Both the position numbers and the translations under genes were made by a program. A stretch of 10,616 bases of DNA. It comes from an archaeon (GTDB lineage: Archaea; Nanobdellota; Nanobdellia; Woesearchaeales; UBA9642). Below are positions 7,591 to 10,616 of the stretch, piece after piece (position 1 is the first letter of the stretch; every line of letters begins with the position of its first letter). The stretch covers positions 1 to 10,616 of the forward strand of contig JAZDHK010000031.1 of assembly GCA_043806035.1 (NCBI GenBank), in the 5' to 3' direction. The notes under the pieces were generated by a model. It saw nothing but the letters and a program-made list of their open reading frames with translations, made no database searches and was not told the origin of the DNA.

Positions 7591-7610
7591 TGGGGGTGGG
7601 AGGATTCGAA
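7591..7610 (-). repeat. Duplicated tRNA-Pro 3' end (att-like site)
   Basis: TTCGAATCCTCCCACCCCCA matches the tRNA-Pro 3' end TTCAAATCCTCCCAGCCCCA (10496-10477) at 18/20 in the same orientation. The trailers are also alike (TCCAATTATT vs TCTATTATT). Confidence 0.9.
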
Positions 7611-7617
7611 AAAACAC

Positions 7618-7666
7618 CGAAAACTATATAAATATCTATTTGTTAGTATAGATATCTTTGAGGTGA
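7618..7666 (+). promoter_or_regulatory. Promoter/operator of the toxin-antitoxin operon
   Basis: BRE-like CGAAAA (7618-7623), TATATAAA (7625-7632), perfect inverted repeat ATATCTAT-N8-ATAGATAT (7632-7655), Shine-Dalgarno GAGGTGA (7660-7666). Confidence 0.8.
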
Positions 7667-7670
7667 AAAG

Positions 7671-7933
7671 ATATTCGATGACGATCTGCGCTGGAAAGGG
7701 AAGATGCTCGTCTTCACCTGGCATTTCAAAGAGGAATGGGATTCGCTGCGCAAGCCGCTCGAATTCGTGCTGATTATTCTTGAGAAAGGAGAGCATGTGC
7801 GCGTCGCCAAGAAAGAGAACAAGTATAACGTCTGCTACCCATTCAGAGGCAGACACTTGTGCTTGTCGAACACGAGAACATCATCCTCATCCATATCAAG
7901 CCTACAACCAAGAAATTCGGAGGGAGAAAATGA
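7671..7933 (+). pseudogene. Frameshifted putative type II toxin (DUF4258/RelE-like)
   Basis: The first frame gives (I)FDDDLRWKGKMLVFTWHFKEEW...ILEKGEHVRVAKKENKYNVCYPF. The -1 frame continues ...VEHENIILIHIKPTTKKFGGRK*, and its TGA overlaps the antitoxin ATG (ATGA 7930-7933). The codon after the SD is ATA, not ATG. The family call is by motif resemblance. Confidence 0.65.
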
Positions 7934-8250
7934 AATTCATGAACACCTGCTACAAGTGCGGAACGAACGTGAAACAGGCAAAAATAGTCAAGGAAGGCAT
8001 CACGCTGACGTGCATGAAATGCCCGAAATGCGGCGAAGAATACTACACCTCAAGCGAGCTCCTGCGCTTTGACGTGCTGACGGGCAAGAGAAAACTCGTG
8101 CGCAAGTTCGGGACTCTTGGAGATAGCACCATCCTGCGCATTCCTCCAGAAGTGCTCAAGGATTTCAACATCAAGCCCGAGGACTACGCGCTCTTCGAGA
8201 AGAAAGACGACGGCATCTTCATACGGCCAGTGAGTGCAAAAGAGACCTGA
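7930..8250 (+). CDS. Putative antitoxin: MqsA/YgiT-like zinc ribbon fused to an AbrB/MazE/SpoVT DNA-binding domain
   Basis: 106 aa from ATG 7930 (SD GGAGG upstream). CYKC...CPKCGEEY ribbon, then RKFGTLGDSTILRIPPEVLKDFNIKPED swapped-hairpin motif. Confidence 0.88.
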   Translation: MKFMNTCYKCGTNVKQAKIVKEGITLTCMKCPKCGEEYYTSSELLRFDVLTGKRKLVRKFGTLGDSTILRIPPEVLKDFNIKPEDYALFEKKDDGIFIRPVSAKET

Positions 8251-8630
8251 TGAAAATAGAGAGTGACAAGACAGGACGAAGAACATACAAATTTAGCCAT
8301 TCCACTGCCCAAGGGGGAAACCTCTACGCCCATAAAGTCAAGCAGGGCACTATTGAAAACAAAGAGGGGTTAAAGAATGCGCTGCATGCAGTCTCCGTGA
8401 GATTCAAGCTCATAGATCCAACAGTAAAAGTGTACGACACCATTTTCCTTTTCTTCTTCCATATTCCTAAAGCATTAGCTCCAGCAGAACTCATCGACTC
8501 TATACAGAAAAATACTGATGCTTATGCCGATTGGGATGAGGAGTATTTATTTACTGGAGTGTACGACTTGCAGGAAAAGTACATCAGAAAAGACCTAGAA
8601 CAGTGGGAACTTGACTATGACCAAGGATAA
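8250..8630 (+). CDS. IS200/IS605 TnpA (Y1 HUH)-like protein lacking catalytic residues
   Basis: 126 aa, TGATG-coupled to the antitoxin. Colinear by eye with the TnpA consensus: HS; KVYDTIFLFFFHIP vs EVMPDHVHLLVSIP; LAPAELIDSIQK vs LSPSEIVQRLKG; WDEEYLFTGV vs WSRSYFVSTV; IRKDLEQW vs IKKYIENQ. Confidence 0.7.
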   Translation: MKIESDKTGRRTYKFSHSTAQGGNLYAHKVKQGTIENKEGLKNALHAVSVRFKLIDPTVKVYDTIFLFFFHIPKALAPAELIDSIQKNTDAYADWDEEYLFTGVYDLQEKYIRKDLEQWELDYDQG

Positions 8631-8650
8631 GTCGCCTGAGACGTAGGAAC

Positions 8651-9376
8651 ATGAGAAAAGTGACGTTTGAGCATGAGGGGAAGACATACTCGCTCTTCAT
8701 CCACAACGAGGCCAGAGATGATATGCGCGTCTCGCTCGGCAAGACAGGTGTGCACTTGCGTATCCCGAGCGATATCTCCCGTGACGAATACTTCCGCCAA
8801 GTTATGCATGCGAAGGAGTGGGCGAAACAAAGGATTTCCAATAGCCCGGAGATCCGCGACAAAGGGTGGAAAGAGTATCATTCTGGCGATGCCTTGACTG
8901 TCGGAGACAAGACATACACACTGCAGATCACACAGCGACCAGCAAGAGGCAGTGCCGCACGAATTGTCGGGAGCACTATTGAGCTAAGGCTCTCCTCACA
9001 GGATACTGATGCACAGCGCAGAGAGGCGACGTCAGTACTCTTGAGCAGGCTCATCGGTGGCTCTCGATTGCCTGCATTGCAGCAACGGGTCAAGACACTT
9101 AACGAACAGCACTTCCAGTTCCGGCTTGGCAAGATTAGCTTCAAATACAGCATCTCACGTTGGGGAAGCTGCTCGAAGAGCGGCAATGTCAACCTCTCGA
9201 CCCGGCTGCTCTTCGCTCCCGACGACGTGCTCGACTACGTGTGCATCCACGAGCTTGCCCATCTCAGAGAGCATAATCATTCACCTGCATTCTGGAAGCT
9301 GGTCGAGACAGCCATGCCAGACTACAAAGAGAAGGAGCAGTGGCTCAAGGAGCACGGGGATGCATGCTGGTTTTAG
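8651..9376 (+). CDS. YgjP/DUF45 (SprT-like, M48-related) zinc metallohydrolase
   Basis: 241 aa. SRWGSCS...NVNLSTRL...LDYVCIHELAHLREHNHSPAFWKLV...PDYK signature with HExxH. Confidence 0.93.
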   Translation: MRKVTFEHEGKTYSLFIHNEARDDMRVSLGKTGVHLRIPSDISRDEYFRQVMHAKEWAKQRISNSPEIRDKGWKEYHSGDALTVGDKTYTLQITQRPARGSAARIVGSTIELRLSSQDTDAQRREATSVLLSRLIGGSRLPALQQRVKTLNEQHFQFRLGKISFKYSISRWGSCSKSGNVNLSTRLLFAPDDVLDYVCIHELAHLREHNHSPAFWKLVETAMPDYKEKEQWLKEHGDACWF

Positions 9377-9417
9377 CAAACGTGAGGCTCGGCGCAACAC
9401 AAGCACGAACTAATGAG

Positions 9418-9497
9418 GATTCGAGCCGACGACACTACCGACGATGGCAACGCGTCATCCTCTGTTTTCTGCTCTATGCTCATGGTCTTTGAACCCA
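9418..9497 (-). repeat. 80-nt structured element, copy 2 (3' of the lipoprotein gene)
   Basis: 65/80 identical to 6503-6582. Separated from the TAG stop of 9499..10377 by one nucleotide. Ends in TCGAATCCTC, identical to 7609-7600. Confidence 0.92.
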
Positions 9498-9498
9498 A

Positions 9499-10377
9499 CT
9501 ACACAATGCTCAGAATCTGCCTTTGCACGACAAATGCTCCAGTTTCCTTATCGACTGCAAATGCGGATAGGACGTAGCTCATACGACCAACATACCCGTT
9601 ATTCGTATACATGCCAGGATTTAGTTGTGTATATTCAACAAAGTTGATAGTTATGATGTTGTTATCCTCTTGGATAGTCTCCTGGACGTAATCTCTGTGG
9701 AAGGGCGTGTAGAATAGCTGCTCCAAAAGAGACGCCCGCATGAATTCTGCGGCTTCTTTGACGGATGTAGTTGTGAGTGGTCGGAAGTCCAGCACTCCTG
9801 TCGTGACATTGAATCGCTCTGCAGGCACATCAGCGGTAAGATTCCTGAATATTTGTTGATGACCAATTATTGCCTGATAATCAAGAGAAGATATGTAGCT
9901 GCACTTGATGATGCGCAGGTGATAGTATCTCGTATGGAGATATTCTGGACTGGTTGTATCCTCATATGTGTCAACTGCTTCGAAATACTTTTCTGTTTCA
10001 CTTGTTTCGTGATTGATAAGTCTGAGGTCTGCGCCCATCGTGGCGAGCGAGAACCATTCCTGGGCTTGCGTAGCACTATCCGTGCATAGGAAGGAGGCAG
10101 TGCCATGAGAAGTGGCATTAAGGTAGTTGCTGTTAAAATAGCTCAGAAATGCTCTATCATGATAATCGTCTGACGCATGCAAGACGTCTAAGTACTCAAA
10201 CGAGGAATTCGTCAGGGAATGATCCGTACCATTCAGTTGCGGAAAGGACGGTGGGACAATAGCAGGAGAGATGTTGTTGTTCGAGGATGTTTGTATTGGT
10301 TCGGCTACTGGTTGACAGCTCGCAATAAAGAGAATAACTAGCAGTCCTCCAATCATGAGCATAGTATTGTTCCCCAT
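9499..10377 (-). CDS. Hypothetical secreted protein or lipoprotein
   Basis: 292 aa. Hydrophobic N-terminus ending FIASC, a Pro/Ser/Asn linker, and six N-x-S/T sequons after the Cys. No family recognised. Confidence 0.82.
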   Translation of the reverse strand: MGNNTMLMIGGLLVILFIASCQPVAEPIQTSSNNNISPAIVPPSFPQLNGTDHSLTNSSFEYLDVLHASDDYHDRAFLSYFNSNYLNATSHGTASFLCTDSATQAQEWFSLATMGADLRLINHETSETEKYFEAVDTYEDTTSPEYLHTRYYHLRIIKCSYISSLDYQAIIGHQQIFRNLTADVPAERFNVTTGVLDFRPLTTTSVKEAAEFMRASLLEQLFYTPFHRDYVQETIQEDNNIITINFVEYTQLNPGMYTNNGYVGRMSYVLSAFAVDKETGAFVVQRQILSIV

Positions 10378-10399
10378 AGTAAGCCATATACTCTGTGCA

Positions 10400-10413
10400 A
10401 CATATACTTTTCG
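10400..10413 (-). promoter_or_regulatory. BRE/TATA promoter of the lipoprotein gene
   Basis: CGAAAAG-TATATGT on the minus strand, ending 23 nt upstream of ATG 10377. Confidence 0.6.
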
Positions 10414-10476
10414 TTATCTTCAATTGTGTTGGCAGTCTAGTGCCTACAACATATCACTCACGTCAGAAATAATAGA

Positions 10477-10564
10477 TGGGGCTGGGAGGATTTGAACCCC
10501 CGATCTCTACCATTCTGGCGTTTTGTCCCCAAGGTAGAATCATACCAAGCTAGACCACAGCCCC
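10477..10564 (-). tRNA. tRNA-Pro(GGG) with 14-nt intron (10513..10526) at 37/38
   Basis: GGGGCTG TGGTCTAGCTTGGTATGATT CTACC TT GGG G [ACAAAACGCCAGAA] T GGTAG AGATC GGGGG TTCAAAT CCTCC CAGCCCC A. Bulge-helix-bulge central helix UUGG/CCAG with two 3-nt bulges; mature length 74 nt. Confidence 0.96.
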
Positions 10565-10589
10565 GTTTCTGAGAAAGAGTTCCCGCTAT

Positions 10590-10597
10590 TATTTAAA
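10590..10597 (-). promoter_or_regulatory. TATA box of tRNA-Pro
   Basis: TTTAAATA on the minus strand, 26-33 nt upstream of the tRNA. Confidence 0.75.
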
Positions 10598-10616
10598 GAT
10601 AACGTTGCTCGCATGT

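Larger units (their letters stand above)
6503..10496. mobile_element. Modular genomic islet / candidate cassette array anchored at tRNA-Pro, no integrase in window
   Basis: tRNA 3'-end duplication, two 80-nt end elements, four co-oriented T-loop-like cores, and accessory cargo (Fic, TA pair, TnpA-like, YgjP). Confidence 0.7.

Noticed and set aside
7704-8072. 122-aa ORF 7704..8072 and the 7780 start of the antitoxin ORF
   Set aside because: Both are explained by the frameshifted toxin plus the antitoxin starting at 7930; the extra segments are low-complexity off-frame sequence.
8250-8630. Active IS200/IS605 element
   Set aside because: No HUH motif, no YxxxQ, no tnpB, and no subterminal hairpins directly flanking the ORF.
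6503-9497. CRISPR array or classical integron attC interpretation of the repeats
   Set aside because: Only two copies 2.9 kb apart, with no spacer periodicity and no cas genes. Canonical RYYYAAC/GTTRRRY boxes and an intI gene are not evident, so only an analogy to integrons is claimed.
9418-9497. Known ribozyme, C/D box sRNA or SECIS identity for the element
   Set aside because: No hammerhead CUGANGA core and no conserved CUGA D box are present, and the upstream genes have no in-frame UGA. Other families cannot be excluded without an Rfam search.
10427-10448. Imperfect dyad TGTTGGCA-N6-TGCCTACA resembling the fic motif
   Set aside because: Only 8/10 similar to GGTGTCTACA and with different spacing; too short to separate from chance.

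Overview
Archaeal DNA, most likely from a DPANN/Woesearchaeota-like genome (inference). Evidence: intron-containing tRNAs, a C1:G72 tRNA-Tyr, and BRE/TATA boxes about 25 nt ahead of apparently leaderless genes. The window runs from tRNA-Tyr(GTA) (1-121, minus strand) to tRNA-Pro(GGG) (10477-10564, minus strand). The left part holds a bacterial-type T9SS-sorting-domain protein, a three-gene membrane/lipoprotein operon, an NDP-sugar epimerase and an AttH/CrtC-like lipocalin protein. The right part (about 6228-10496) is an accessory region downstream of tRNA-Pro with a modular layout. Two units of about 1.1 kb each read [tRNA-Pro 3' end] - single gene (a lipoprotein, or Fic) - [conserved, foldable 80-nt element whose two ends together spell a tRNA T-arm]. 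Between them lies an oppositely oriented 1.8-kb operon: frameshifted toxin, Zn-ribbon/AbrB antitoxin, an apparently catalytically dead IS200 TnpA-like protein, and a YgjP/SprT-like metallohydrolase. All four junctions share a T-loop-like core, and no integrase is present in the window. The best candidate for an undescribed system is a tRNA-anchored, integron-like gene-cassette array.
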